Source: Dehalococcoidia bacterium
GTDB lineage: Bacteria; Chloroflexota; Dehalococcoidia; Lucifugimonadales; VXLM01
Length of the DNA: 64,000 bases
Reading direction: 5' to 3'
Assembly (NCBI GenBank): GCA_963662435.1
Contig: OY759598.1
Location: 4,005,923 to 4,069,922, forward strand
Below, piece after piece: positions 39,241-48,719 of this stretch. Position 1 is the first letter of the stretch, and the number at the start of each line of letters is the position of its first letter. A program made the position numbers and the translations under genes. Below the pieces are notes generated by a model. That model ran no database searches. It had not been told where the DNA came from and saw only the letters and a list, made by a program, of their open reading frames with translations.

Positions 39241-40041
39241 TTACCGGCGGCCTTTGAGTCCTTTGACGAAGTCGACGGCGGCCTGGACCTTTTGGTCGGC
39301 GGGGGCGTGTTCGATGGCGTCGAACATGGCGCTGGCGACGATCGCTCCGTCGGCGTAGGTCGCGATGGCGTCGATGTGCTCCTTGCTGGATACGCCGAAA
39401 CCCTGGATGACCGGCACGTCCGTGTGCTGCCTCACTCGCCCCACGAGCTCGGCGACGTCGGAGCGGATATCCTGGCGCGCGCCGGTTACTCCCAAGACGG
39501 CGACGCAGTAGATGAAGCCGCTGGCGTGACTGGATATGTACTCGATTCGCTCGTCGGTGCTGGTGAGGGCGACAAAGTGGATCTGGTGGATGTTGTTCTC
39601 AGCGCAGAGCGCCTCCAGTTCCGTCGATTCCTCCGGCGGGAGGTCGGGGACGATTAGTCCATCGACGCCGGCGTCCGCAGCATCTCGCACAAGGTCCTGC
39701 AGACCATACTTGAGGAAAGGGTTGAAGTAACCCATCAGCATGAGCGGTGACTCGATGCCCCTCGAACGGAGCTGACGGATCACGTCCAGGCACGTCCCTA
39801 CGCTGACGCCGTGTTGAAGGGCGTGGAAGCTCGTCTTCTGTACGGTGGGACCGTCGGCCATGGGGTCGCTGAAGGGAACACCGATTTCCATCAGATCGCC
39901 GCCGTTCCTCAGGATCGCCTCTGCGATATCGACGGACGTGGGCACATCCGGGAATCCCACGGTAATGTACGGGGAAAGGACGTTCCTGCCCTCGGTGCGG
40001 GCCCTGCTGAGCGTTTGGTCGAGTCGATTTGAGACGGTCAT
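39241..40041 (-). CDS. trpA: Tryptophan synthase alpha chain
   Basis: EIGVPFSDPMADGP, MGYFNP, IVPDLP, GVTG, GFG. Confidence 0.95.
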   Translation of the reverse strand: MTVSNRLDQTLSRARTEGRNVLSPYITVGFPDVPTSVDIAEAILRNGGDLMEIGVPFSDPMADGPTVQKTSFHALQHGVSVGTCLDVIRQLRSRGIESPLMLMGYFNPFLKYGLQDLVRDAADAGVDGLIVPDLPPEESTELEALCAENNIHQIHFVALTSTDERIEYISSHASGFIYCVAVLGVTGARQDIRSDVAELVGRVRQHTDVPVIQGFGVSSKEHIDAIATYADGAIVASAMFDAIEHAPADQKVQAAVDFVKGLKGRR

Positions 40042-40760
40042 GCAGTGAATGTGACGGCGAGGCTGTTTTGGCCCGCATGGGCCAGGAATCCCGGCCAGAT
40101 GGAACGGGTTCTGAGGTAGAGCCAAGAGAGAATGGCACCGCTGGCGAAGGTTGGAAGGAGCACTGTGAGGTCGCCGTGGGCGACGGCGAATATCGCTGAT
40201 GAGACGATGAGTCCGGGCAGCATCCCGATGCCCTGCACGAATGCGGGGAGCAGGAACCCGCGGAAGAAGACCTCTTCTGCGAGGGGGCCTACGACGACGA
40301 GGATGCCGACCGTAAGCGTTCGAACTATCCCTTCGCCCAAGAGTCGTTCGGGTACGGGTGAAGGCTCCAATGATTCGATGCCCAGGCCGGACACGATGCC
40401 CTGATATGCGATGCCAGCCAGGATGCTCACCGTGAGGGCCAACGCAGCCCAGCCAACGATCACGGGCCAGCGGAGGTTCGCCGTCCCGAGTCCCAGGCTT
40501 GCGAGGCTCGCTCCGCGCCACCTGACAGCGAGAAGCCAGACGGCGGCGAACATGAGCACCTGGAGTAAGAACAGGACCGCTGTAGTCACACCGCCGGCCT
40601 GTCTCTCCAACGAACCGAGAATCAGGCCAAGGAAGAGAAGCGATCCGAGACTGCCGCAAGCGACGATGGCGAATCCAATTAAGGCGTCGGTGATCCCCCA
40701 CGGGACGCTTATGTGTCCGGGGCTTCGCTCGGTCTCTGTTGGCGGTTCTTGGTCGGTCAT
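40038..40760 (-). CDS. CPBP (CAAX/Abi) intramembrane metalloprotease
   Basis: EEVFFRG, FAVAH, HAGQN motifs. Confidence 0.88.
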   Translation of the reverse strand: MTDQEPPTETERSPGHISVPWGITDALIGFAIVACGSLGSLLFLGLILGSLERQAGGVTTAVLFLLQVLMFAAVWLLAVRWRGASLASLGLGTANLRWPVIVGWAALALTVSILAGIAYQGIVSGLGIESLEPSPVPERLLGEGIVRTLTVGILVVVGPLAEEVFFRGFLLPAFVQGIGMLPGLIVSSAIFAVAHGDLTVLLPTFASGAILSWLYLRTRSIWPGFLAHAGQNSLAVTFTA

Positions 40761-40835
40761 GTTGAGTTGTGGGAGTGTATCACAGGTATTTGGTGCGGCC
40801 GTCCGTCCTTAGTTGATGAGAAGGGCGTAAGAGTA

Positions 40836-40872
40836 ACCCTCACCCTAGCCCTCTCCCACGCCGGGAGAGGGG
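40836..40872 (+). repeat. REP-like family B
   Basis: Near-identical to 21791 and 38733. Confidence 0.8.
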
Positions 40873-40942
40873 ATTTTCTTGCTTCGGCAGGGAAGTGGGT
40901 TTTCGCGGGGCGATATCATCGCAAGGCATTTGAGACAGGACA

Positions 40943-42004
40943 TTAGCGGGAATTGTTCCCCAGTTGGTCGTAGGCCCAGCCGAGGAGGGTTTCGGTCTCC
41001 TGCCAGCCGATGCAGGGGTCGGTTATGGAGACGCCGTACTCCAGCTTGGAGAAGTCACCGTTGATCTTCTGGCTTCCCGGGTTGATGTTGCTTTCCAGCA
41101 TGGCGCCAATGACCCCGGCGTTGCCTTCCACACGCTGTTGGACCACGCTCTCGAATGCCTCGTGCATTTTCGTGTGGTCCTTGTCGCAATTTCCGTGACT
41201 GCAATCGACGAGGAGATTCGGGGGCGCGCCGCCGTCTTCAAGCTGCTTCCGGGCACCGGCCACAGAGACGGGGTCAAAGTTCGGGCCATCGCTCGCGCCA
41301 CGAAGGACGAGGTGACCATGGGGGTTGCCGGCGGTGTGCACAACGGCGGTGTGACCCGACTGGTCGATGCCGAGAAAACCGTGCCGTGCCTGGGCAGAGA
41401 CGATAGCATCGACGGCGATCTTGGTGTTGCCGTCGGTGCCGTTCTTGAAGCCCACGGGCATGCTGAGTCCGCTTGCCATCTGGCGATGCGTCTGGCTCTC
41501 GGTGGTGCGCGCGCCGATGGCCACCCAGCTGATCAGGTCGGCCAGGTACTGCGGCACTATGGGATCGAGGAACTCGGTAGCCGACGGAAGACCCATCTCC
41601 GCGACGTCCAGAAGGAGCTTTCTGCCCTTCTGCAGTCCGGTCGTAATGTCGAAGGTGTCATTCAGGTACGGGTCGTAGAGGAGTCCCTTCCAACCGACGG
41701 TCGTGCGCGGCTTCTCGAAGTAGACGCGCATGACGATGAGGAGGCGGTCTGCGTACTTCAGGCTCAAGTCGTTCAGCCGTCGCGCGTATTCGAGGGCGGC
41801 GCTCTCGTCGTGGATCGAGCACGGGCCCGTAATGACGAGGAACCGTGAGTCTTCTCCGTTCAGGATCGCCTGGATCGCATTGCGGCCCTCGACAACCGTC
41901 CGCTTGGCGGCTGGGGTTGTCGGCAGTTCCTCGATGAGTTCCGCCGGAGGAATCAGCTTCTCCGTTTTCAGCACGTTAACGTCCCTTGTCTTGGTCTCTA
42001 GCAT
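40943..42004 (-). CDS. aroF: 3-deoxy-7-phosphoheptulonate (DAHP) synthase, class I-alpha
   Basis: GPCSIHD, MRVYFEKPRTTVGWKG, IGARTTESQ, DCSHGN, SITD. Confidence 0.93.
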   Translation of the reverse strand: MLETKTRDVNVLKTEKLIPPAELIEELPTTPAAKRTVVEGRNAIQAILNGEDSRFLVITGPCSIHDESAALEYARRLNDLSLKYADRLLIVMRVYFEKPRTTVGWKGLLYDPYLNDTFDITTGLQKGRKLLLDVAEMGLPSATEFLDPIVPQYLADLISWVAIGARTTESQTHRQMASGLSMPVGFKNGTDGNTKIAVDAIVSAQARHGFLGIDQSGHTAVVHTAGNPHGHLVLRGASDGPNFDPVSVAGARKQLEDGGAPPNLLVDCSHGNCDKDHTKMHEAFESVVQQRVEGNAGVIGAMLESNINPGSQKINGDFSKLEYGVSITDPCIGWQETETLLGWAYDQLGNNSR

Positions 42005-42025
42005 TCGAGCACTCCTTCACTCACG

Positions 42026-42056
42026 AAAAGACCCCAACCGCTGCCGGTTGAGGTCT
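42026..42056 (-). terminator. Attenuator terminator upstream of DAHP synthase
   Basis: mRNA AGACCUCAACCG-GCAG-CGGUUGGGGUCU-UUU. Confidence 0.85.
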
Positions 42057-42084
42057 CGGTGATTCGCTGGGGTTGCTTGCCGCG

Positions 42085-42171
42085 TTACGTCCCGCGCACC
42101 TGTCCTTCTCCGGCAGCCGTTTGGCCGGTAAAGTAGAAGTAATAGTACGCGTAGCGACCGGATATTCGCAT
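42085..42171 (-). CDS. Tyr/Phe-rich attenuation leader peptide (28 aa)
   Basis: MRISGRYAYYYFYFTGQTAAGEGQVRGT*; manually translated. Confidence 0.85.
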   Translation of the reverse strand: MRISGRYAYYYFYFTGQTAAGEGQVRGT

Positions 42172-42370
42172 CTTGCAATCTACTGTAAAGGTGCGGGAGA
42201 GCCTGTGTCAAGGTTGCAATCGGTCATTTCGGTGCGTCATACTGCCATGAATGTTGGGTTCTGGGTGCTGGGTGCTCGGAACTAGAGGAACGATGGTTTG
42301 CCGGTAAATGTATCAGGGGCGATTCGCGAATCGCCCCTACCCTATTCACGAGGCAGTGACAAAGGCAGTG

Positions 42371-43516
42371 ATGGACCACCTCCTGCTAACTGAAGAAGAG
42401 CAGTTGCTCCGGACAACGGTGCGGGAGTTTGCGGACGATGTGCTCGCGCCGAGGGCGGCGGCATACGACGAGAGCGGCGAGTTTCCGGCTGACAACGTGG
42501 AGGGACTGGCGGAGCTTGGGCTCTTCGGTCTTGGCATCGACGAGGCGTATGGAGGGAGCGGAGGGACGGCACGGCAAGGGGCGATTGTCGCAGAGGAACT
42601 TGCGCGAGGTTGCACGGGGACAAGCACGGTATACGTCGCGCACCAGTCTCTTGCGGCCCAGTTCATCCATATGCATGGAACGGAGGAGCACAAGCAAAGA
42701 TACCTTCCGGGTATGACGGCGGGACAGACAATTGGGGCGTTCGCACTCACGGAGCCGGGAGCAGGCAGCGACGCGGCGGGAATCAAGACGACGGCCAAGC
42801 GAGACGGTGATGACTACGTCCTCAACGGATCGAAGGTGTTCATCACAAATGCGACCGAGGCCGGTGTGCTCACCGTGCTTGCGTCGCTCGATCTGAGCCT
42901 TGGGTCGCGGGGCTTCATCGCGCTGATCGTGGACGGTGACGCGCCGGGCATGACGATCACTCCCATGCACGGCAAGATGGGCATACGAGCATCGTCGACG
43001 TGCGAGGTGTTCTTCGACGACTGCCGCGTGCCCGTAACCAACCGGATGGGCGAGGAGTACGAAGGTTTCAGGGCGACGATGGAGGTGCTGAACGCCAGCA
43101 GGGTCGGGATAGCGGCGCAGGCGGTGGGTGTGGCGCAGGCCGCATATGAGGAGGCGGTGAAGTACGCGAAGCAACGCGAGGCGTTCGGGAAGACCATCTC
43201 GGAGATGCAGGGCATCCAGTGGATGATCGCCGACATGGCGACGGAGGTAGAGGCGGCGCGATTGCTGGTGATGCAGGCGGCGACGCTACTCGACGCGGGG
43301 AGGCCATTCGTCAAGGAAGCCTCGATGGCGAAGCTCTTTGCGTCGCGTGTCGCGGTCGAGACGGCGGACAGGGCCGTGCAGATACACGGCGGAGTCGGGT
43401 ATTTTTCTCCGTCGACGGTGGAACGCCTGTATCGCGACGCGAAGATAACGGAGATATACGAGGGCACGTCCGAGATACAGCGGATGATAATTTCGCGGAA
43501 TGTGCTTGGGGGGTGA
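42371..43516 (+). CDS. Acyl-CoA dehydrogenase
   Basis: FALTEPGAGSD, NGSKVFITNA, QIHGG, IYEGTSEIQR. Confidence 0.93.
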   Translation: MDHLLLTEEEQLLRTTVREFADDVLAPRAAAYDESGEFPADNVEGLAELGLFGLGIDEAYGGSGGTARQGAIVAEELARGCTGTSTVYVAHQSLAAQFIHMHGTEEHKQRYLPGMTAGQTIGAFALTEPGAGSDAAGIKTTAKRDGDDYVLNGSKVFITNATEAGVLTVLASLDLSLGSRGFIALIVDGDAPGMTITPMHGKMGIRASSTCEVFFDDCRVPVTNRMGEEYEGFRATMEVLNASRVGIAAQAVGVAQAAYEEAVKYAKQREAFGKTISEMQGIQWMIADMATEVEAARLLVMQAATLLDAGRPFVKEASMAKLFASRVAVETADRAVQIHGGVGYFSPSTVERLYRDAKITEIYEGTSEIQRMIISRNVLGG

Positions 43517-43562
43517 CAATGCCAACTCGCGTGATTCGACCGACATTTCGCTGATTAGCTCT

Positions 43563-43589
43563 CTGGATTCCGGCCTTCGCCGGAATGAC
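43563..43589 (+). repeat. REP-like family D
   Basis: Identical to 23375-23401. Confidence 0.8.
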
Positions 43590-43662
43590 AGAATTGGCCG
43601 CTTAACACACTAAATTGCGCGGTAGTCAGAACGAATCGAAAGTACACCGATAGGAGACGATA

Positions 43663-44460
43663 TTGAAGAAGAACAACGTCCTGCGCGATCTCATCAATGA
43701 GGGTAAGCCGACCATTGGGACTCACGTCCATACGGTGTGGCCGGGATTTGCCGAGGTGATCGGGTATTCCGGCACGATAGACTACGTGGAATTCACGAGC
43801 CAGTATGCTCCGTATGACCTGTTTTCTTTGGACAACTTTGCGCGAGCAGTTGAGCTGTTCGACCATATGACCTCGATGATAAAGGTCGACCAGGAGCCGC
43901 GGACTTACCTTGCGGAGAAGGCGACGGGATCGGGCATCCAGAACCTGTTGTTCGCCGATATTCGCACGGTGGACGACGCGTGGGAATCGGTGCGAGCCGT
44001 TCGTCCCGAGACACCGTCGGCCGGGGGCATCGCGGGAGCGACGAGCACGAGGGACATGGGGTACGTGTTTCCGGGGGTGTCGCTCGCGGACTGGGTGAAG
44101 GTGGCTGAGGAGGCCGTTGTCGCGATCATGGTCGAGAAGCGCGAGGCGGTCGAAGACCTGGAGGCCATACTCGACGTGCCGGGCATCGACATGGTGCAGT
44201 TCGGCCCGGGAGACTACTCGATGAGCATCGGACGTGCGGGAGACTACACGCACCCGGAGATCATGGAGGCCCAGAAGTACACGATCGAGACGTGCATCGC
44301 CAAGGGCATTCGACCTCGCATCGAGATCGGCGACTGGGAGGAAGCAAAGCCGTATATGGACATGGGCGTCATCGACTTCTGCATAGGCACGGACGTGAAC
44401 GTCATTTATGAGTACATGCAGGAACAGGGCGGGGAGCTGGCGAAAGTGCTGGGGAGGTGA
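43663..44460 (+). CDS. HpcH/HpaI aldolase family protein
   Basis: IMVEK, IDMVQFGPGDYS; related to 13446. Confidence 0.8.
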   Translation: MKKNNVLRDLINEGKPTIGTHVHTVWPGFAEVIGYSGTIDYVEFTSQYAPYDLFSLDNFARAVELFDHMTSMIKVDQEPRTYLAEKATGSGIQNLLFADIRTVDDAWESVRAVRPETPSAGGIAGATSTRDMGYVFPGVSLADWVKVAEEAVVAIMVEKREAVEDLEAILDVPGIDMVQFGPGDYSMSIGRAGDYTHPEIMEAQKYTIETCIAKGIRPRIEIGDWEEAKPYMDMGVIDFCIGTDVNVIYEYMQEQGGELAKVLGR

Positions 44461-44469
44461 AGAGATCAC

Positions 44470-44709
44470 ATGAGTTACGTTAACCCATCGCATCCCGGTG
44501 TGAGTGTGCGTGAGAGCATGGAGGCCGAGGGCTGGACGGTTACGGAGTGCGCTGACCGCTTGGGTGTAAGCAGAAACACGATGTCTAGGTTGGTTAATGG
44601 ACGTTGCCGTATTTCGCCTGCAGTGGCGCTGGCGTTGGAACGCATCGGTTGGAGCAACGTCGAATTCTGGATGCGAAGGCAGGCAAACTTCGATCTGGTC
44701 CAGGAATGA
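44470..44709 (+). CDS. HigA-family antitoxin (short; no adjacent toxin)
   Basis: NPSHPG, LGVSR..SRLVNG..ISPAVALAL, FWMRRQANFDL. Confidence 0.75.
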   Translation: MSYVNPSHPGVSVRESMEAEGWTVTECADRLGVSRNTMSRLVNGRCRISPAVALALERIGWSNVEFWMRRQANFDLVQE

Positions 44710-44820
44710 ACCCAACTCGCAGCGAATGCCTGAAACCGGCCACCTAGCCCGATCTCGCACGCCGCCGGGGCGACAAGACGCCCTAAGTTACAGCGAACGG
44801 GTCGAAGAACCCTCGTTTCG

Positions 44821-44887
44821 GTTCGTGTATGATGTTTGCGTAAAATCTCACATTTCACGTTCGGAGGCGGTTTCATGGGATGGCAGG
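44821..44887 (+). repeat. Imperfect direct repeat, copy 1 (duplicate of the PhyH gene 5' region)
   Basis: GTTCGTGTAT..CACGTTCGGAGGCGGTTTCATGGGATGGCAGG, matching 46176-46235. Confidence 0.85.
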
Positions 44888-44998
44888 CCTCTGCAACGAG
44901 TCGAAAACTGCCGCAAAGGTCAAATCCCTGCGCTGAGTTTAGGGTGACTGAGGGCGGCGACGAGATTCAACAGGCGAGCAACGCTAGGAGTATTGAAG

Positions 44999-46090
44999 AT
45001 GAGGTCCAACACTGCATTTGATAGTTTAGCTGATCGAGTGACCGAGCTTCGCGAAACACTAGAAACTGAAGAGGCAACTAAACACGCATTAGTAATGCCC
45101 TTCATCCAAGAACTCGGATACAACGTGTTCGACCCCCGTGAAGTTGTACCTGAGTTCACCGCTGATGTGGGGATCAAGAGCGGTGAAAAGGTTGACTACG
45201 CCATCATGCACGACGGCGAGCCGTCAATATTGTTTGAGTGCAAACACGTGGGCGACCCTCTCAACACATCTTCAATATCTCAACTGTACCGTTATTTCAC
45301 TTCCACAAAGGCCCGGATTGGCGTCTTGACAAATGGGATCGTCTACAAGTTCTTTAGCGACCTTGACGAAACCAACAAAATGGACGATAGACCTTTCCTA
45401 GAGATTGACTTGCTGAACCTCGACGACAAGTCCCTCGAGGAACTCACGCGATTCGAAAAGCAGTCTTTCGATGTCGATTCTACATTGGAAGCGGCCGCGG
45501 TGCTGAAGTACATACGTGGTATGAAGCAGGCGCTTGGCAAGCAAATGACTGAACCTGACGAAGAATTTGTCCGGTGGCTTGCCAGAAATGTCTACTCAAG
45601 AACATTCACCAAGGCCGTCAGAGAGAGATTCGAGCGACTTGCCACACGAGCGTTCAGGGAGTTCATCAACGACAGAATCGACGTCACGCTAAAGACCGCC
45701 ATAGCCCGCGAGTCGGGCGAGTCGGGCGAGTCAGAAGACTCCGACGACTCCGAGGATGATGCGGTAGAAGAGATCGACGACCGCGGAATTGTCACTACTG
45801 CGCAGGAACTGGAAGGGTACATGATCGTGAAGGCCATCCTCCGGGAGGGGCTGGATGTTAGTCGGGTCACCATGAGGGACACGAAAAGTTATTGTGGGAT
45901 TCTCCTAGACGACACTAATCGAAAGCCGATATGTCGCCTGCGCTTTAACAACTCCGAGCGGCTCGTATTGACGATACTTGATGCAGACAAACAAGAAATT
46001 CATCATCCAATTGAGTCCTTAAACGAAATCTACGACCACGCGGATGCCATTCGCCAGAGGGTCGAGCTATATATCGAGGACGACCACTGA
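44999..46090 (+). CDS. Stand-alone type I restriction HsdR N-terminal-like PD-(D/E)xK nuclease
   Basis: EEATK, LGYNVF, VVPEF, KVDYAI, FECK, LTNG. Confidence 0.8.
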   Translation: MRSNTAFDSLADRVTELRETLETEEATKHALVMPFIQELGYNVFDPREVVPEFTADVGIKSGEKVDYAIMHDGEPSILFECKHVGDPLNTSSISQLYRYFTSTKARIGVLTNGIVYKFFSDLDETNKMDDRPFLEIDLLNLDDKSLEELTRFEKQSFDVDSTLEAAAVLKYIRGMKQALGKQMTEPDEEFVRWLARNVYSRTFTKAVRERFERLATRAFREFINDRIDVTLKTAIARESGESGESEDSDDSEDDAVEEIDDRGIVTTAQELEGYMIVKAILREGLDVSRVTMRDTKSYCGILLDDTNRKPICRLRFNNSERLVLTILDADKQEIHHPIESLNEIYDHADAIRQRVELYIEDDH

Positions 46091-46175
46091 CCCTAAGTAA
46101 CTATCGCAATTCGACGGTTACGGCGACAGGTCAAGAAAATGTAACTTTGCACTTCGCTGTAGGGAAGTCCCATAC

Positions 46176-46235
46176 GTTCGTGTATCATGTTCGCGTAACA
46201 TCTCACGTTCGGAGGCGGTCTCATGGGATGGCAGG
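46176..46235 (+). repeat. Imperfect direct repeat, copy 2 (upstream region, RBS and first codons of PhyH gene)
   Basis: Matches 44821-44887. Confidence 0.85.
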
Positions 46236-46999
46236 ACAATCAAGCCGACATCAAGAGCCACTGGGACGAGAACGGCTGGGTGGCGGTACGCGGGTTCATG
46301 GACGCCGATGAGGTGGCCGGTCTGCGCCAGGAGATCAGCAGATACATCGAGGAGGTCGCGCCCACGGTCCCTGATCACGAGGTGATGTACGACGTGAAGG
46401 GGCAGCCGGAGACACTGAAGCGTCTCGGCCACATGTCGAAGTATGACGACTACTTCAGCGACCTGATTAATACGGGCAAGTTCACGGCCCTTGCGGAACT
46501 GCTTCTTGGCGGTGATGTCGTTGCGCAGTATTGCCAGCTATTCAACAAGCCCGCGCGCGTCGGGGTGGAGACCCCCGCGCACCAGGACGCCTTCTACATC
46601 CCGCTGACACCCAATGAGGCGCTGACGATGTGGCTGGCCCTCGACACGGTGGACGAGGAAAACGGCTGCCTGCGCTATATTTCGGGTGCTCACCAACGTC
46701 CGGTTCGACCTCATGGGCCGTCCGGGATCTTCGGTTTCTCTCTAGGAGTTACGGACTACGGCGACGACGACTTCGCCGGGGAAGTACCGATACCGGCGGA
46801 ACCCGGGGATGTCGTCATCCACCACTGGCAGATGCTCCACAGGGCCGGACCTAACACGAGCGACCGCGACCGGTGGGGTCTCGGCACCATCTTCCATTCG
46901 TCACGGGCGAGACCGGACGAAGAGCTGCAGGAAGCACGGGCGCGCGACCTCGAGAGGCAACGCAAGGAGTGGTCTGCGAAGGGCCAGTCGGGTCGATAG
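46223..46999 (+). CDS. Phytanoyl-CoA dioxygenase (PhyH) family protein
   Basis: HQD, WLALD..ENGCL, GD..H..LHRAGPN..R. Confidence 0.9.
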   Translation: MGWQDNQADIKSHWDENGWVAVRGFMDADEVAGLRQEISRYIEEVAPTVPDHEVMYDVKGQPETLKRLGHMSKYDDYFSDLINTGKFTALAELLLGGDVVAQYCQLFNKPARVGVETPAHQDAFYIPLTPNEALTMWLALDTVDEENGCLRYISGAHQRPVRPHGPSGIFGFSLGVTDYGDDDFAGEVPIPAEPGDVVIHHWQMLHRAGPNTSDRDRWGLGTIFHSSRARPDEELQEARARDLERQRKEWSAKGQSGR

Positions 47000-47019
47000 C
47001 AGGCTGAGCTAAGAGTCCT

Positions 47020-47745
47020 ATGCCGCTGTACTATCCGGTCTTTCTCGATCTGCGCGAACGGCGAGTCGTCGTTGTAGGCGGCGGCGCGATGGGAGAAGAG
47101 AAGGTCACGAGGCTTCTGCCCTACGAGGCGAAAGTGGTCGTGGTGAGTCCCGACGTGACGGACGAGGTCTCGGAGCTCGCTGATGATGGGAAGATCGAGT
47201 GGGTGCGCAGGCCGTACCGGAGCGGCGACCTCGACGGTGCGTTCATCGCCATCGTGGCTGACACGAGCGACGACGCGGTAAACCAAGCCGTGTCCGAGGA
47301 GGCTGGTGAGAGGAATGTGCCACTGAACGTGGCGGACGTGACCCATCTCTGTACGTGGATAACGCCGTCGGTGGCGCGGCGGGGAGACGTGATCGTCGCC
47401 ACGTCGACGGGCGGTGCAAGCCCTGCACTAGCGCGCCGGTTCCGCGAGATACTGAACGGCGAGTGCAGGCTGGAGTCGCGGCATGAATTGATGGACTTCG
47501 CCGATTTGGCTCCCCTACTCTCCGAGGCGCGCCTGCAACTGCTCGAAAAGGGGATACGGCTGAACCTCGACCACTGGCAGGCCTGTCTGACGGACGAGTT
47601 GATAGACCTCGTGCAGGCGGGAGACATCGAACGGGCAAGAGAGGTCTTGATGGACTCTTTGCTCGTGGGGACGACGTGCGACTGCTCCGACGACGTATGC
47701 GAGATGTATGAAGAGATGGCAGCGCCGGCCTCTGCCGCTCAGTAA
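47020..47745 (+). CDS. Precorrin-2 dehydrogenase/sirohydrochlorin ferrochelatase (CysG N-terminal/SirC-like)
   Basis: YYPVFLDL, VVGGG, NVAD, STGGASPALAR. Confidence 0.88.
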   Translation: MPLYYPVFLDLRERRVVVVGGGAMGEEKVTRLLPYEAKVVVVSPDVTDEVSELADDGKIEWVRRPYRSGDLDGAFIAIVADTSDDAVNQAVSEEAGERNVPLNVADVTHLCTWITPSVARRGDVIVATSTGGASPALARRFREILNGECRLESRHELMDFADLAPLLSEARLQLLEKGIRLNLDHWQACLTDELIDLVQAGDIERAREVLMDSLLVGTTCDCSDDVCEMYEEMAAPASAAQ

Positions 47746-47769
47746 CGAATTCGACCCGGAGGTCCGGGC

Positions 47770-48693
47770 TTGAAACCCTCACGAACAGTCCGCGTCGGCT
47801 CCCGATCGAGTCCGCTCGCGCTGGCGCAGACCGAAGAGGTGCTGTCGCTACTCCGAGCGCGATTTCCTGACGCGGAGTTCGAGGTTGTGCACCTGTCCAC
47901 GAGCGGTGATCGAAAGGCTGATGCCGTCTTGACCTCACTGGGACGTGGCGCCTTCGTCAAGGACATTGAACTCGCCCTGCTGGACGGCAGGATCGACTTC
48001 GCTGTCCACAGCGCGAAGGACGTCGGGCCTGAAATTGCCGAGGGGCTGCAGATATTGCCGGTTGGAGAGCGTCAAGACGCGCGGGACGTCTTGGTATCGA
48101 AGTCTGGGCTGTCTCTTATGAGTCTACCTGCGGGGACACGTCTGGGAACGGGGAGCCCGCGTCGGAAGGCGCAGATTATTGCCACGCGGCCCGATATCGA
48201 GGTAGTGCCGATTCGAGGCAACGTGGGAACGCGACTGGAAAAGGCGCGTGGCCCGGACTACGACGGCGTGGTGATCGCGGCGGCGGGACTGGCGCGGCTA
48301 GGAAGGCTGTCGGAGGCGAGTGAGTTCCTGGGTGTTGAACGGGTTACGCCGGACGTTGGACAGGGAACGCTAGTTGCAGAGTTTCGGCAGGATGACGGCG
48401 AGATGGAAGACATGCTCTCGTCCATCGTTCTGGGCGAGACTTCGTGTGCTTTCAGAGCGGAGCGGGCGTTCCTCGATACTATCGGCGGAGGGTGCACCTC
48501 GCCGATTGCCGCGTATGGCGAAATCGACGGTCAGCGGATGCATATGTTCTCCATGGCGGCGACACCGGATGGCGAAAGAATCGTCAGGTCGCTGGTCGAA
48601 GGAGACGTCAACGAGGCGGCGGACGTCGGGCGAAAGGCCGCGAATGCGCTATTGAAAGCGGGCGCATCAGAGATAGTCCGCGACGCGGACTGA
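47770..48693 (+). CDS. hemC: Hydroxymethylbilane synthase
   Basis: GSRSSPLALAQ, AVHSAKD, RGNVGTR, GGCTSP. Confidence 0.95.
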   Translation: MKPSRTVRVGSRSSPLALAQTEEVLSLLRARFPDAEFEVVHLSTSGDRKADAVLTSLGRGAFVKDIELALLDGRIDFAVHSAKDVGPEIAEGLQILPVGERQDARDVLVSKSGLSLMSLPAGTRLGTGSPRRKAQIIATRPDIEVVPIRGNVGTRLEKARGPDYDGVVIAAAGLARLGRLSEASEFLGVERVTPDVGQGTLVAEFRQDDGEMEDMLSSIVLGETSCAFRAERAFLDTIGGGCTSPIAAYGEIDGQRMHMFSMAATPDGERIVRSLVEGDVNEAADVGRKAANALLKAGASEIVRDAD

Positions 48694-48719
48694 GCCTTCA
48701 GCAAATCGGTATTTCAGAT

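Noticed and set aside
40042..40701. N-terminal extension of TrpA (486-aa ORF)
   Set aside because: Overlaps the CPBP gene in another frame; TrpA similarity starts at 40041
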